Virus record (IMG/VR): IMGVR_UViG_3300024986_000179 | Coordinates: 1-43,845 of that record | Source of the DNA: a virus | Taxonomy: Duplodnaviria; Caudoviricetes | Strand: one strand, 5' to 3' | DNA: 43,845 bases | Shown: positions 16,986-26,512 of the stretch, one piece after another | Numbering within the stretch: position 1 is the first letter of the stretch | Layout of the letters: each line of letters starts with the position of its first letter | Translations under genes and position numbers: made by a program | Notes under the pieces: generated by a model | Database searches by the model: none | Told to the model about the DNA's origin: nothing | The model's input: the letters and a program-made list of their open reading frames with translations, nothing else

Positions 16986-19136
16986 ATGAAATGGAAACTA
17001 TTGGCCAAGACTGCTGCTGTTTTAAGCACATTGCTTGGCATTAAAGAAATCCCTATCAATGCCGAGAAAAAAGAGGTTGATTTTACAGCTGAAGAACTAG
17101 CTAAAATTGAAGCTGTTCTTGGTAAAGAAATGACAGCCGAAGCTATTGAAGGCATGAATAGCGAAATTAAGCAGCTGCAGAATAGTAATCTTCAGCTTAA
17201 AGCAATTAAAGATGAGTTGGCTGCTCTTGTTAAAGAGACTAATTTATCTGAGGAAGAATTAAGAGACATTGCTGGTAGTGAAGGTAAAGAACCAGATTTG
17301 TTGGCTCAATTAAAACTTATTTCAGCGAAACAGAAGGAAATGGAAAGTACAATTTCAGCATTAATTAAAGAACCTGAAGGAGATAATCCATTGGCTATTG
17401 TACAAACATCTGGAAAAGGACAAAAAGTCGTACATTCCGCTACGCATCTTTTTGCAAGCAACCAGGCTTATGATGCATTCGAAGGGCGTCCATGGAACAG
17501 ACTAGCTTCCGGACAAACAAGCGCTGCTACAAATTTTGCAGATCAGCCAACAATTCAGAAGCTTAATGACGATCTAGGTTTGTATTTTAGGCAAAATCCT
17601 GAAGCAATTAAATCTTTGCACCGTGATACATTCGGTTTGCCAGAATTCTGGCCAAAGAAAACAAAGGTTGATCATAAAATTGCAGATGCTACTATTTCTA
17701 CTGCAGAAATTACTCAAGCAAGAAAATTGCCATGGCTTCCAAAGAATAAGCAAAAAATTCAAGCTGAAGAAGGCCAGATTTTCCCTGTACAGATTGATAT
17801 CGAATATGTAGGGTACTATCTCCAAAAAATTGAAGCTTCATGGTTAAACATGATGAATAAGGAAGGTTCGCAGCCTTATAAAGAAAGTTTCGTACGATTT
17901 TTAGTTTCTGAACTTGATAAACAAGCCCGAACTGAAGACAGGATTGCTTCAATAAAAGGGGTTTATGTTGAAACTCCTGAAGATGCTACTGTACCAGGCA
18001 GATTCATAAACCGTCAAAATGGATTGCTTTATTTGGCTCAACAGGCCAGAGATGTAACGAAAAAATATAGGCCGTTCGATTTAGGTTTGCCAACAGCTGT
18101 AAATATTGTCGATTACGTTGATAATTTTATAAAATCACTTCCTTATGACGTTAGAAATCAACTTGGACTTGTATTTTATCTTTCAGAAGAATGGCTCAAA
18201 ACTTACAAGCGAAGATATGAGCAGCTTTATGGAACAAATACTGATTACCAAGGATATCCAAAAAATCCAAAAGATTACTCAAATATTTCGTTTTGTCCGC
18301 TTGTTGATATGGAAGGCAGCGATTTTATGTTTTTGACTTTTAATGATAATATTGAGATTCTTGAAAATGTGCCGGCAGAAAAATCATTATATCATTTTGA
18401 GTACCTAAAAAGAATGATTTATATCTGGGCGGATTATAAGCTAGGTATCAGATTCATTCATATAGGTAATGTTCTTGAAGAAAATGATCCATTGGAATTT
18501 GCAGTTCAAACATTATGGTCTAATACAGCGCCGGTATTGCCTGCTGATTTCTTTGTCCCTGTACATGATGATGAAAGCGGAAAAGTAAAGGTTTCATATA
18601 AAAATTTATACGTAACAAAAGGCTGGAATACTGACATTACGGAACTTACCGGGACTACACCAGGTGCAGTAATCAAAATCAAGGGAGATACCAGCCTTTC
18701 TGGTGTTAAGAATGTTAAGGATGGGGCAAAAATTGATTTGGTTGGGAATGCGGATTTTAATTTAAAATCAGGAGGAACCCTTACCTTATTCGTCAAAGAT
18801 GATGGAACTGTAAAGGAGGTAAGTAGGACTGCTGGGCCTGAAGTAATAATTATCCCAGATGTAACTTTTGATGAAGCGGTAATCGATGCAAATGAAGGGC
18901 AAAAATTCGTTTATTCCGGAACTGGTGATATTGCTATTACAAATATCCTTAATGGTGTAGACGGTAAATCTATCAAGATTTTCGGAAATGCTACTGCTGA
19001 TTCTGATGTTACTTTATCAGACACAGGAAATATCAATGTTGTATCAGCTGTTACTTTAGCAAAAGCAGCGGATTTCATTCAGTTGACACGTATTGACGGA
19101 GTATGGTTAGAAACCAATAGACTTATTAATCCTTAA
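16986..19136 (+). CDS. Major capsid protein with N-terminal coiled-coil scaffold and two C-terminal beta domains
   Basis: Position after protease; acidic helical first ~130 aa; repeated C-terminal modules ending EVSR/ETNR. Confidence 0.75.
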   Translation: MKWKLLAKTAAVLSTLLGIKEIPINAEKKEVDFTAEELAKIEAVLGKEMTAEAIEGMNSEIKQLQNSNLQLKAIKDELAALVKETNLSEEELRDIAGSEGKEPDLLAQLKLISAKQKEMESTISALIKEPEGDNPLAIVQTSGKGQKVVHSATHLFASNQAYDAFEGRPWNRLASGQTSAATNFADQPTIQKLNDDLGLYFRQNPEAIKSLHRDTFGLPEFWPKKTKVDHKIADATISTAEITQARKLPWLPKNKQKIQAEEGQIFPVQIDIEYVGYYLQKIEASWLNMMNKEGSQPYKESFVRFLVSELDKQARTEDRIASIKGVYVETPEDATVPGRFINRQNGLLYLAQQARDVTKKYRPFDLGLPTAVNIVDYVDNFIKSLPYDVRNQLGLVFYLSEEWLKTYKRRYEQLYGTNTDYQGYPKNPKDYSNISFCPLVDMEGSDFMFLTFNDNIEILENVPAEKSLYHFEYLKRMIYIWADYKLGIRFIHIGNVLEENDPLEFAVQTLWSNTAPVLPADFFVPVHDDESGKVKVSYKNLYVTKGWNTDITELTGTTPGAVIKIKGDTSLSGVKNVKDGAKIDLVGNADFNLKSGGTLTLFVKDDGTVKEVSRTAGPEVIIIPDVTFDEAVIDANEGQKFVYSGTGDIAITNILNGVDGKSIKIFGNATADSDVTLSDTGNINVVSAVTLAKAADFIQLTRIDGVWLETNRLINP

Positions 19137-19148
19137 TTTTAGATAAAA

Positions 19149-19970
19149 ATGTACGTAAGAACAAATGTAGCAAAGCCTTCCGGTAGTTCTCCGGGGGCTT
19201 CGGCTCCAAAAGAGCCAAATTTAGCGCTTGTTGCTGATGACGATATCTTGTTTGAACCTATCAGGAATTCAAAAGGCGTCAAGATGGAAGGGAACTATAT
19301 TATTAAGCCTGGAGCCAAAATGATAGAAGTTTACATGACTCCATCAAAAAGCAAAGCTTCTTATGAAAGTGATGGTGATGAAGATGCTGTCTCAATAAAA
19401 CAGAAGTTTGAATGCGAGCATCCGGGGAATGAATTGGAGATTTCAGAATTTGCCCAAAACTGGCTTGGTGTAAACTGCAGGCTTATTTATGGAAGCTGTT
19501 CTGACAATTTCAGAAAAGTATTGGGTACAAAATGCGCACCAATACAAATGAAACCATCCCTTCAGGATGATGCAGATGCCAGAAAACACATGTTTGTTTT
19601 TGAACAAACAGCTTCTTCTAAGTGGGTTCCGGGACATTACACTGGTGCTTTGGTATTCGCTGATCCTGCCAATATCGCTAATGCAGGAGCTGTTGCCTTA
19701 ACAGTTGCAAATGGAGCAGTTTATAAATTGCCATCTTTAGAGGAAACTGCGGCCGTTGTTTTCAATAGCATTGAGCATGAGCATGGAACGATTATTACCC
19801 TTATGGGCGGCGGTGGCGATGATCCTGCAACTCTTTCATCTGGTGTTTTAGCTAATAGCGCTATTCTGAAAGACGGAGTTGCTTGGGTTGGTCTTGAAGG
19901 CGCCGTAATAAATTTTCAGGTATTTGATGCCGGTGCAAATAAATATTTAATTGAAGTTTCAAGAAAATAG
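19149..19970 (+). CDS. Structural protein, probable major tail tube with C-terminal decoration domain
   Basis: Follows capsid; C-terminal module ends IEVSRK like the capsid repeats. Confidence 0.5.
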   Translation: MYVRTNVAKPSGSSPGASAPKEPNLALVADDDILFEPIRNSKGVKMEGNYIIKPGAKMIEVYMTPSKSKASYESDGDEDAVSIKQKFECEHPGNELEISEFAQNWLGVNCRLIYGSCSDNFRKVLGTKCAPIQMKPSLQDDADARKHMFVFEQTASSKWVPGHYTGALVFADPANIANAGAVALTVANGAVYKLPSLEETAAVVFNSIEHEHGTIITLMGGGGDDPATLSSGVLANSAILKDGVAWVGLEGAVINFQVFDAGANKYLIEVSRK

Positions 19971-19995
19971 AATAAATTAAATATCATAATCAAAT

Positions 19996-20020
19996 AAAAC
20001 CACTCATTTTGAGTGGTTTT
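19996..20020 (+). terminator. Intrinsic terminator after capsid/tube genes
   Basis: AAAACCACTCA-TTT-TGAGTGGTTTT. Confidence 0.75.
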
Positions 20021-20050
20021 ATTATTTTTGTTATATATAAATTATTTATT

Positions 20051-20563
20051 ATGTCAGAGTGTCGATCAAGAATGGGCAATGATCCTTATGAAAAATCATT
20101 TATAGAAGCAAAAAGCTTTTTTAGTTTGGGCGATCATTTAATTAGGCGTATTGTTTATGGTTATGAACGAAAAGGAAGTTATAAAGAACTTCCTCAGACT
20201 TTCGTGACATTTACTAGATTCGATGATTATGCAAAAGAAGTTCAAATAGCTTATGATTCAAAAGATGAAATTTTTAGGCACTTGCAAAGCATTGAGCTAG
20301 AATTGATAAAAGGAGCTGAAGTTATTAGGAAGACACAATTTCATAAGTACTGTGCAATGGTGCTTAAAGAACTTGGTTTTGAGTTTAAATCTGATGAAGA
20401 ATATTATAATTTTTTTAGTTCTCGGATTTCTTCCAAAGGTATTTCAGATAAAGAATTTATTATTTTAGATTTAGATTCTGAAAATCCTAAGGACATTATG
20501 ATTGTAAGACATAATTTAATAATTGAAAATTTAGACGGAGATTTAAAAATTACGATCGGATAA
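20051..20563 (+). CDS. Moron, hypothetical protein
   Basis: AT-rich ORF between two terminators, own -7 box TATTTTTG (20023-20030); ATG 20051 preferred to TTG 20009. Confidence 0.65.
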   Translation: MSECRSRMGNDPYEKSFIEAKSFFSLGDHLIRRIVYGYERKGSYKELPQTFVTFTRFDDYAKEVQIAYDSKDEIFRHLQSIELELIKGAEVIRKTQFHKYCAMVLKELGFEFKSDEEYYNFFSSRISSKGISDKEFIILDLDSENPKDIMIVRHNLIIENLDGDLKITIG

Positions 20564-20573
20564 ACCTAAGAAT

Positions 20574-20604
20574 AAAGCCCCTCAAAAAAGAGTGGCTTTT
20601 TTTT
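20574..20604 (+). terminator. Intrinsic terminator after moron
   Basis: AAAGCCCCTC-AAAAAA-GAGTGGCTTTTTTTT. Confidence 0.7.
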
Positions 20605-20640
20605 CTCTCTTTTTCAAGTTATCAGCTATGACATTTTTTG

Positions 20641-20677
20641 ATGTCACAGGTAAATAAAAAGGTTATTACCAAATTTA
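20641..20677 (+). promoter_or_regulatory. Late promoter 2 (packaging operon)
   Basis: ATGTCACA-N21-CAAATTTA. Confidence 0.65.
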
Positions 20678-20709
20678 CCATGCTATAAATAATTTTAAAT
20701 AAGACAATT

Positions 20710-21792
20710 ATGAGAGAAAAGATAATCAAGTTCTTCCAAGAAGAATTGCCATCGAACAAGTCTGAGCAATTTAATAGGATTTTTGAATTTTACAGACAGT
20801 CTCCAGGCAAAAGCGTAGCTTCTGAAAGAATGTACAATGCTTCCGGGTATTCACAAACCAACTTGGAGGCTCTAAAGTACGATTTGCAGAAAATCCACAA
20901 CATTAAAGATTCCGAATTAGTTCCAAGGAAAAAAGCAGTCTCAAAACTACCTTCAGAGGCTAATGATTTTCAAGCAACAAGATTACAGTTGTTTTGCTTG
21001 CTCATGAGTTTTGCGGGAGAAGCTGAACTGTTTAATGAAGAAAAGGAAAACGAAATCAAGCAATATTCAGAAGAACAATTTATTGAAAAGGCTGTTGAAT
21101 ATTTTCTGAGTAAATCGATTAGCCTAACTGAGATTGCTGATGCTGCACTGAAAGTCGAAAGTAATGAATTGTTTGAGTTACTTAAGGAAGTAATAAGATT
21201 TGTGCATTTGAATAATACAACAATCGATACAGGTAATACCGGAAGCATCCCCGTCAATGATCCCGTTGTAGTAACTAACGATAAAACTGAAAAACAAGAG
21301 GGTGTAAAGTTGAGGGAAGAATTTCCTTTTTTGAATAATCCCGATTGTCCTGATCTAGCGCACGTTTTAGTTGGGCGAAAGATTGCGGCTTGGATTCGCT
21401 ATCAGGAAAATCATAAAAAGCTGGAGCAATTTGATGCGGGAGAAATAGAGTTGTCTGAAGAAGAAAAGGTACAAGTTTCAAAAGATGCGGTTTCGGATTT
21501 TTCAGAGAACCAGGCTATCTATGATGAGCTGAACAATTATAAAGAGCACGGTTTTTTTTTACAAAAGCATCCATTATTCAGAACGATCAGGTTAAAAGAA
21601 GAGGTTGAAAAAATGACTCAGCAGCAGCTTATAAATTTCAAAAACTCTTCAGTGAAATTCTTTTCTGAGAACAATGCGAAGCTTAAAGCTGACGGAATCA
21701 CAGAAAAAAGAACTCTTGAATTAACTGAGCGAATTGAAGCGAGAAAGGAAAAGCTGGATTTGGTAGATGAAAAGCTCGGGGTTAAGAAATAA
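20710..21792 (+). CDS. Hypothetical phage morphogenesis protein
   Basis: 360-aa helical, charged ORF at head of packaging operon. Confidence 0.6.
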   Translation: MREKIIKFFQEELPSNKSEQFNRIFEFYRQSPGKSVASERMYNASGYSQTNLEALKYDLQKIHNIKDSELVPRKKAVSKLPSEANDFQATRLQLFCLLMSFAGEAELFNEEKENEIKQYSEEQFIEKAVEYFLSKSISLTEIADAALKVESNELFELLKEVIRFVHLNNTTIDTGNTGSIPVNDPVVVTNDKTEKQEGVKLREEFPFLNNPDCPDLAHVLVGRKIAAWIRYQENHKKLEQFDAGEIELSEEEKVQVSKDAVSDFSENQAIYDELNNYKEHGFFLQKHPLFRTIRLKEEVEKMTQQQLINFKNSSVKFFSENNAKLKADGITEKRTLELTERIEARKEKLDLVDEKLGVKK

Positions 21793-22378
21793 GTTTTTCG
21801 ATTTACACGAAAAATTTAACGGCGACAAAGATGAGCTTCTTCCGGAGAAATGGGTTTCCAAATACCTGGTAACCCATTTTGAAAAAGTAAGTTCTTTAGA
21901 AGAAAGTTTGGTTAGGATTCCAACGGAAGAAGAGTATTTTTTCCTTCAGTCTGATACTGCTTTTAATGCTTTTACATTCATTCCATTTATAGCTAAACGT
22001 TTTCCTATAAAAGAATTACACGCTACTACTTATAGCATTAGTAGAAAAGTTATTGATGCTTTGGTTGAATTGTATGATTCCGGAATGATTGAAAAAATAA
22101 CATTGCTGATTTCTGATAGCATGATCAAGAGAAATCCGCTTACAATTGAACACGTTATGGCGTTGGCAAAAAGCCGGCCAAATTTTGAAGTTATATATGC
22201 CTGGGCTCATTGTAAGGTTTGTATCATAAAAACGCATGAATCATTTTATGTGATTGAAGGCTCTGGGAATTGGAGCGAAAACGCCCAATACGAGCAATAT
22301 GTATTTGCTAATTCAAAAGGGCTATATGATTTCCGAATGCATTTATTTACGAATTCAAAACTAAAGAAGTATTTATGA
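21767..22378 (+). CDS. Phospholipase D/nuclease superfamily protein (single HxK motif)
   Basis: HCKVCIIKT...VIEGSGNWSEN..YE matches HxK...GSxN; TTYSIS upstream motif. Confidence 0.75.
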   Translation: MKSSGLRNKFFDLHEKFNGDKDELLPEKWVSKYLVTHFEKVSSLEESLVRIPTEEEYFFLQSDTAFNAFTFIPFIAKRFPIKELHATTYSISRKVIDALVELYDSGMIEKITLLISDSMIKRNPLTIEHVMALAKSRPNFEVIYAWAHCKVCIIKTHESFYVIEGSGNWSENAQYEQYVFANSKGLYDFRMHLFTNSKLKKYL

Positions 22379-22551
22379 AAATCTTTAAAATTTCAATTGC
22401 AGTTTTTTTGATCATATTAGCATTTGTTCTCGGAATTATAGCAAACAATGGTCTTGCAAAAAGTGTAGAATTTCATCAGTTATTTATTTTTCTATCATTT
22501 ACGGTTTTCCTTATCGGAATGAGGATTTTAATCACTATTAAAAAAAAGTAG
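22375..22551 (+). CDS. 58-aa two-TM membrane protein, missing from ORF track
   Basis: ATGA overlap at 22375; MKIFKISIAVFLIILAFVLGIIANN...LFIFLSFTVFLIGMRILITIKKK. Confidence 0.6.
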   Translation: MKIFKISIAVFLIILAFVLGIIANNGLAKSVEFHQLFIFLSFTVFLIGMRILITIKKK

Positions 22552-22552
22552 T

Positions 22553-22867
22553 ATGGAGCTTAAGTTTTCAGATGAAGAGTATGAGTCTATTGAAAAATTA
22601 GCTGCCTGTAATTATTCTCCAGAAAGAATTGCTCTTTACTTAGGTGTAGAAAAAAAAGATTTTTTAGACTTATGGTACAATAAATCAGGTTTGGTAAGAT
22701 TTCATTACGATAAGGGTCGTCTCGAGGCGGAAGCAGACATAAACATTAAACAATTGGAACTTGCCAAATCAGGAAATATTACTGCTGCACAAACTTATTT
22801 TAAAGAGTCTGAAAATATCCGGATAAAAAACATTTTAAATCAAATACTTTACGGCAATGACAATTGA
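22553..22867 (+). CDS. HTH-containing packaging protein (terminase small subunit candidate)
   Basis: IEKLAACNYSPERIALYLGV HTH-like; YDKGR...AKSGNITA pattern typical of small terminases. Confidence 0.6.
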   Translation: MELKFSDEEYESIEKLAACNYSPERIALYLGVEKKDFLDLWYNKSGLVRFHYDKGRLEAEADINIKQLELAKSGNITAAQTYFKESENIRIKNILNQILYGNDN

Positions 22868-23483
22868 TCAGATAGACTTGAGCGATATTTATGAATTTAT
22901 CGAAAAGGGTAGCCTATCAGATGCTCCTGAAGGAATTGCGGAATATTTGGTCCTTTTGGACAAAATTAGGGGCATGGCCATGAGAATCGACCAATTCGGT
23001 TCTAAAGAAGCTATTGTAAAACATTTGATATTAGTAGACAAGCTCTCACGCTATAAAGCTTCAAAAGTGTATGATGAAGCTATGGAGTACTTTTACGTTG
23101 ATAGCACTATTTCCAAAAAAGCCTGGATAAATATTTATGCTGAAAAAATGGATAAAATGATCAATTTCTCAATGCAAACCGTAAAAGATGTAAATGATGC
23201 TTCTAAAGTGGTAAAAATGCTTGTTGATGTTGCAAACCATAGAGAGGTTCACACTCCAGATAAAGAAGAGCTTCCGGAAGAACTATTTAGGGCGCCATTT
23301 ATAGTATATTCAGCAGATGCAGAATTTTTAGGACTACCAAAAATTAACAGGCAAAGACTCTCGGAAATGATTGACAGTTTCCCAGAGTTAACAGAAAAAG
23401 AAAAAATGCATATTAAAAGGGAAGCTTTGGTTCTTCCTTTAAAAGTTTTTCCAGATGAGCAAGAGAACGCGCGTAAGCATTGA
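22857..23483 (+). CDS. Packaging-associated protein (second terminase small subunit candidate)
   Basis: Overlaps start of large terminase; helical. Confidence 0.5.
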   Translation: MTIDQIDLSDIYEFIEKGSLSDAPEGIAEYLVLLDKIRGMAMRIDQFGSKEAIVKHLILVDKLSRYKASKVYDEAMEYFYVDSTISKKAWINIYAEKMDKMINFSMQTVKDVNDASKVVKMLVDVANHREVHTPDKEELPEELFRAPFIVYSADAEFLGLPKINRQRLSEMIDSFPELTEKEKMHIKREALVLPLKVFPDEQENARKH

Positions 23484-25155
23484 TGATACTGATGTAAATG
23501 GTGCATTTGCATCATGGTTGTTTCAAATGATCTTCCTTATAGCTCCTAAGCATTTAAGAATTATTGCAGGTAGGGCTACAGCTAAGACATCAGAAATTAT
23601 TGCTCAACGAAGTCAGGATGTTATGTATGATATGCCCAAGAGCTATCAGGTTCTTGTTTCTGACACATACATCAACGCTTTAAAAAATATAGTGCCAACA
23701 TTGCTCGAGGGTTGGAAGCGCAGGGGTTGGCGTGAAGGAATGCATTATGTGACTGACAAGCGGCCTCCTTCACATTTTAGGCTTCCTTATAAACCTGTTG
23801 AAAGTTACAAGCATACAATTTCAATTTTTAACGGTTGCTTTATGAACTTAGGTAGTTTGGATCAGCCTGGAGGTCTCGCCGGTGGTTCATACCAACACAT
23901 GTATGCAGATGAAGCCAGGCTATTAAAATTTGATAAGCTGAAGAAATTAATGCCGGCCATTCGAGGTGAATATACAATCTTTGGCCACTCAGTCTATTAC
24001 AGAGGTTCAACATTCACTACTGATATGCCAAACATTATTGACGGTGATGATGATTGGATTTTGAATGATGAGAAAAATATGAATATGGACCAGGTACGTC
24101 TGGCCCTTGAAGTTGGTCTCGTCGTTAATGAGATAAAAAAACAGATCCTGGCATGCAAACAGATTGGTGATTATAACTCGATTGAGAAATTGAAAAGCAA
24201 TTTGGGTCGTTGGACTGAAAAATGGATTAGAGTGCGAAAGGACCTTACATTTTTTTATGTTGTCAGTTCATTGGTAAATGTGGATATCCTTACTGAAGGT
24301 TATTTTTCTGATAGTCTTAAAGCATTAGGTATTGAAGAGTTCAAGAGCGCTATTTTATCATTAAAAGTTAATCTGAAGAAAGGAGAAAAGTTTTACGGGA
24401 ATCTGGGAGAGCATCATTTCTATGAAGATGGTATCATAAATTCGTTTTATGATAAGTATACCTTGACAGATGAGATTGAAGAAACTTGTCTTGCTTTACG
24501 ATACCTAGATCGGAAACAGAAGCTTGAGGCGGGTGCTGATTTTGGTGATATGTGCAGTCTTATTCCTGCCCAGACACGTGGCAATTATTTGTATATCCTA
24601 AAAGAATTTTGCACGCTGGCTCCGGAAAATGAGATTCAGTTAGGAAAGAAATTTGTCAATTTTTTTAAGCATCACGAGTACAAAGTTTTAGATTTATACT
24701 ATGACAGGTCCGGTAATCAAAATCAAAAAACAAAAAGGGATTGGGCGACAGCTTTAAAAAACGCAATAGAATTTCAGGACGGCGTAAGTACAGGTTGGGT
24801 GGTTAATCTTATGTCGCTGAACCAGTCTACAATTTATCAGGAAGAGGAATATAATTTTGCAAAAGCTTTGATGGGAGAAACAAGTCCGAATCTTGTCAAG
24901 TTGAAAATTGATAAGTTTCAATGCAAATGCCTTAAATCATCACTTGAACTGACTAAAATCAAAATCAAGACTTCGATATCCGGTTCAAAGACGATCCATA
25001 AGGACAAATCTTCTGAAAGCTTAGCTTTACATCTTAGGCCGATGTTTTCTACAAACTATTCAGACGCTTTTAAATATTTGATATATAGGCGTGATTTTGT
25101 GGACAGGGTAAATACTTCTGGATTATATACATCTTCTGATCCGGGATTTTATTAA
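23455..25155 (+). CDS. Terminase large subunit
   Basis: Walker A-like AGRATAKT, Walker B YADEAR, RNase H-like AGADFG and YYDRSG, terminal SDAFKY. Confidence 0.85.
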   Translation: MSKRTRVSIDDTDVNGAFASWLFQMIFLIAPKHLRIIAGRATAKTSEIIAQRSQDVMYDMPKSYQVLVSDTYINALKNIVPTLLEGWKRRGWREGMHYVTDKRPPSHFRLPYKPVESYKHTISIFNGCFMNLGSLDQPGGLAGGSYQHMYADEARLLKFDKLKKLMPAIRGEYTIFGHSVYYRGSTFTTDMPNIIDGDDDWILNDEKNMNMDQVRLALEVGLVVNEIKKQILACKQIGDYNSIEKLKSNLGRWTEKWIRVRKDLTFFYVVSSLVNVDILTEGYFSDSLKALGIEEFKSAILSLKVNLKKGEKFYGNLGEHHFYEDGIINSFYDKYTLTDEIEETCLALRYLDRKQKLEAGADFGDMCSLIPAQTRGNYLYILKEFCTLAPENEIQLGKKFVNFFKHHEYKVLDLYYDRSGNQNQKTKRDWATALKNAIEFQDGVSTGWVVNLMSLNQSTIYQEEEYNFAKALMGETSPNLVKLKIDKFQCKCLKSSLELTKIKIKTSISGSKTIHKDKSSESLALHLRPMFSTNYSDAFKYLIYRRDFVDRVNTSGLYTSSDPGFY

Positions 25156-25194
25156 AATGTGTAGCATTTTCCAAAGAAAAGAAAGAAAAAACAC

Positions 25195-25225
25195 AAATCT
25201 CCGCCCCGTAGGGCGGAAATTTTTT
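25195..25225. terminator. Hairpin between convergent terminase and cassette genes
   Basis: TCCGCCC-CGTA-GGGCGGA with A/T-rich flanks. Confidence 0.65.
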
Positions 25226-25261
25226 GTAAAAACGGCTGGTTTTAAGCCAATTTTAAGGCTT

Positions 25262-25915
25262 TTAAGCGCTTGGATAGTATAAAATGGACTTTACCTTGTG
25301 TTTCCAGTAATTATGGTTTGTAGCTAAAGAAAACGAGGGTTTGCTCATCATCAAAGTATCCATACAATGAATTTCGGCATTAATGCCATGAAAGCATAAA
25401 TTTATAGCAGTCATTTTACAACAAATTGGGTCTAAATCCTGACATACATAATAATTCCCGCTTCTTATATAGTTTGCCGCTAAAATTAATCGTCCGCTTC
25501 CTGAGCAGGGATCATTTATTTTTTTTCCAAAATCATCTGAAGGGATTAACATTTGTGCAATCATCGTACATAAATCTGGGGGAGTAAAAAATTGCCCGAA
25601 GTTTGATTTTTTGTAATTGCTTGCCAGACATTCATAATACTCGCCTAATGGGTCGCACCATCCGTTTAATTCTATATTCTTATCATAGTAGAGCATCAGC
25701 TCCCCGAAAAGTTTACAAAAAATATCAAGCTCAGGACGGGAGTATTTTTTTATTATTTCAAAATAGCGTGGTTCTTCGGTTCCTCTTGCCATAGCACAAA
25801 TAATAAGTGATAAAAGGTCATCAAAAATAGTATTCAGGTCATACTTATGATTAAATTCATAAAAAAAGGAGTTAAAATCTTTTAACCCCTTTGGAACATC
25901 TTTATTTTTTATCAT
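25262..25915 (-). CDS. Short N6-methyltransferase (HsdM)-like protein lacking catalytic NPPY/F motif
   Basis: DPLGEYYE, GQFFTP, DPCSGSG (motif I), QDLD and MDTL present; ORF ends with no (N/D/S)PP(Y/F) after them. Confidence 0.8.
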   Translation of the reverse strand: MIKNKDVPKGLKDFNSFFYEFNHKYDLNTIFDDLLSLIICAMARGTEEPRYFEIIKKYSRPELDIFCKLFGELMLYYDKNIELNGWCDPLGEYYECLASNYKKSNFGQFFTPPDLCTMIAQMLIPSDDFGKKINDPCSGSGRLILAANYIRSGNYYVCQDLDPICCKMTAINLCFHGINAEIHCMDTLMMSKPSFSLATNHNYWKHKVKSILYYPSA

Positions 25916-26253
25916 CTTTTTTCGACTTGGGCATTACTAAACAGATAGCAAAGCGGGTAAAATTCTGTATCATCTTCTTCGGAGTTGTTTTTTTCGGCTT
26001 CTTTATCGCTGTTCCTTAATTTTGGAGAACCCCAAACACAAAAGGACTGCGAACCCTTTTTAACTTTATACCCTTTGTTATTCCATTCAAAAAGGGTATT
26101 AAATTCTTGATGCTCTTTTGAAGTGTAAAATTCATTTACTAAAACTTCATTTACTGTCATTCCTTCACAGTCAGTTTCAATCCTGGCTTTTGCAAGCTTG
26201 CTTAATTCTTTCAATTGTTTTCGTCGTTGCAAATATGCTTCTCTATTTCTCAT
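25912..26253 (-). CDS. ArdC-like N-terminal ssDNA-binding domain protein
   Basis: FNTLFEWNNKGYKVKKGSQSFCVW...LFSNAQV matches ArdC-N T(F/Y)xxW..G..V.KG..; no HExxH protease domain. Confidence 0.75.
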   Translation of the reverse strand: MRNREAYLQRRKQLKELSKLAKARIETDCEGMTVNEVLVNEFYTSKEHQEFNTLFEWNNKGYKVKKGSQSFCVWGSPKLRNSDKEAEKNNSEEDDTEFYPLCYLFSNAQVEKR

Positions 26254-26265
26254 GGTGTATATAAA

Positions 26266-26490
26266 TTAAAATATGTATTCTTGATAATCAGATTGGATGT
26301 TATTTTCTTCAATAAACATTTCCGCTATAGCTTGCGCTTTGTTGAATGCGTTTTTTGCCTTCTTTTTGAAATAATCGTAATCGGTATAATTGAAAATTGA
26401 AGAATAGCCTTTGGAATGTAAAAGGCTAAAAACTTTGTCGCTTAATTTAAAAGATGTAGTTTTGTTGATGTTAGATATTGAATGCGTCAT
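26266..26490 (-). CDS. Hypothetical protein (74 aa)
   Basis: ORF in minus-strand cassette with AATCACTTAAATA leader. Confidence 0.65.
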   Translation of the reverse strand: MTHSISNINKTTSFKLSDKVFSLLHSKGYSSIFNYTDYDYFKKKAKNAFNKAQAIAEMFIEENNIQSDYQEYIF

Positions 26491-26512
26491 GGCTTTGATA
26501 TTTAAGTGATTT

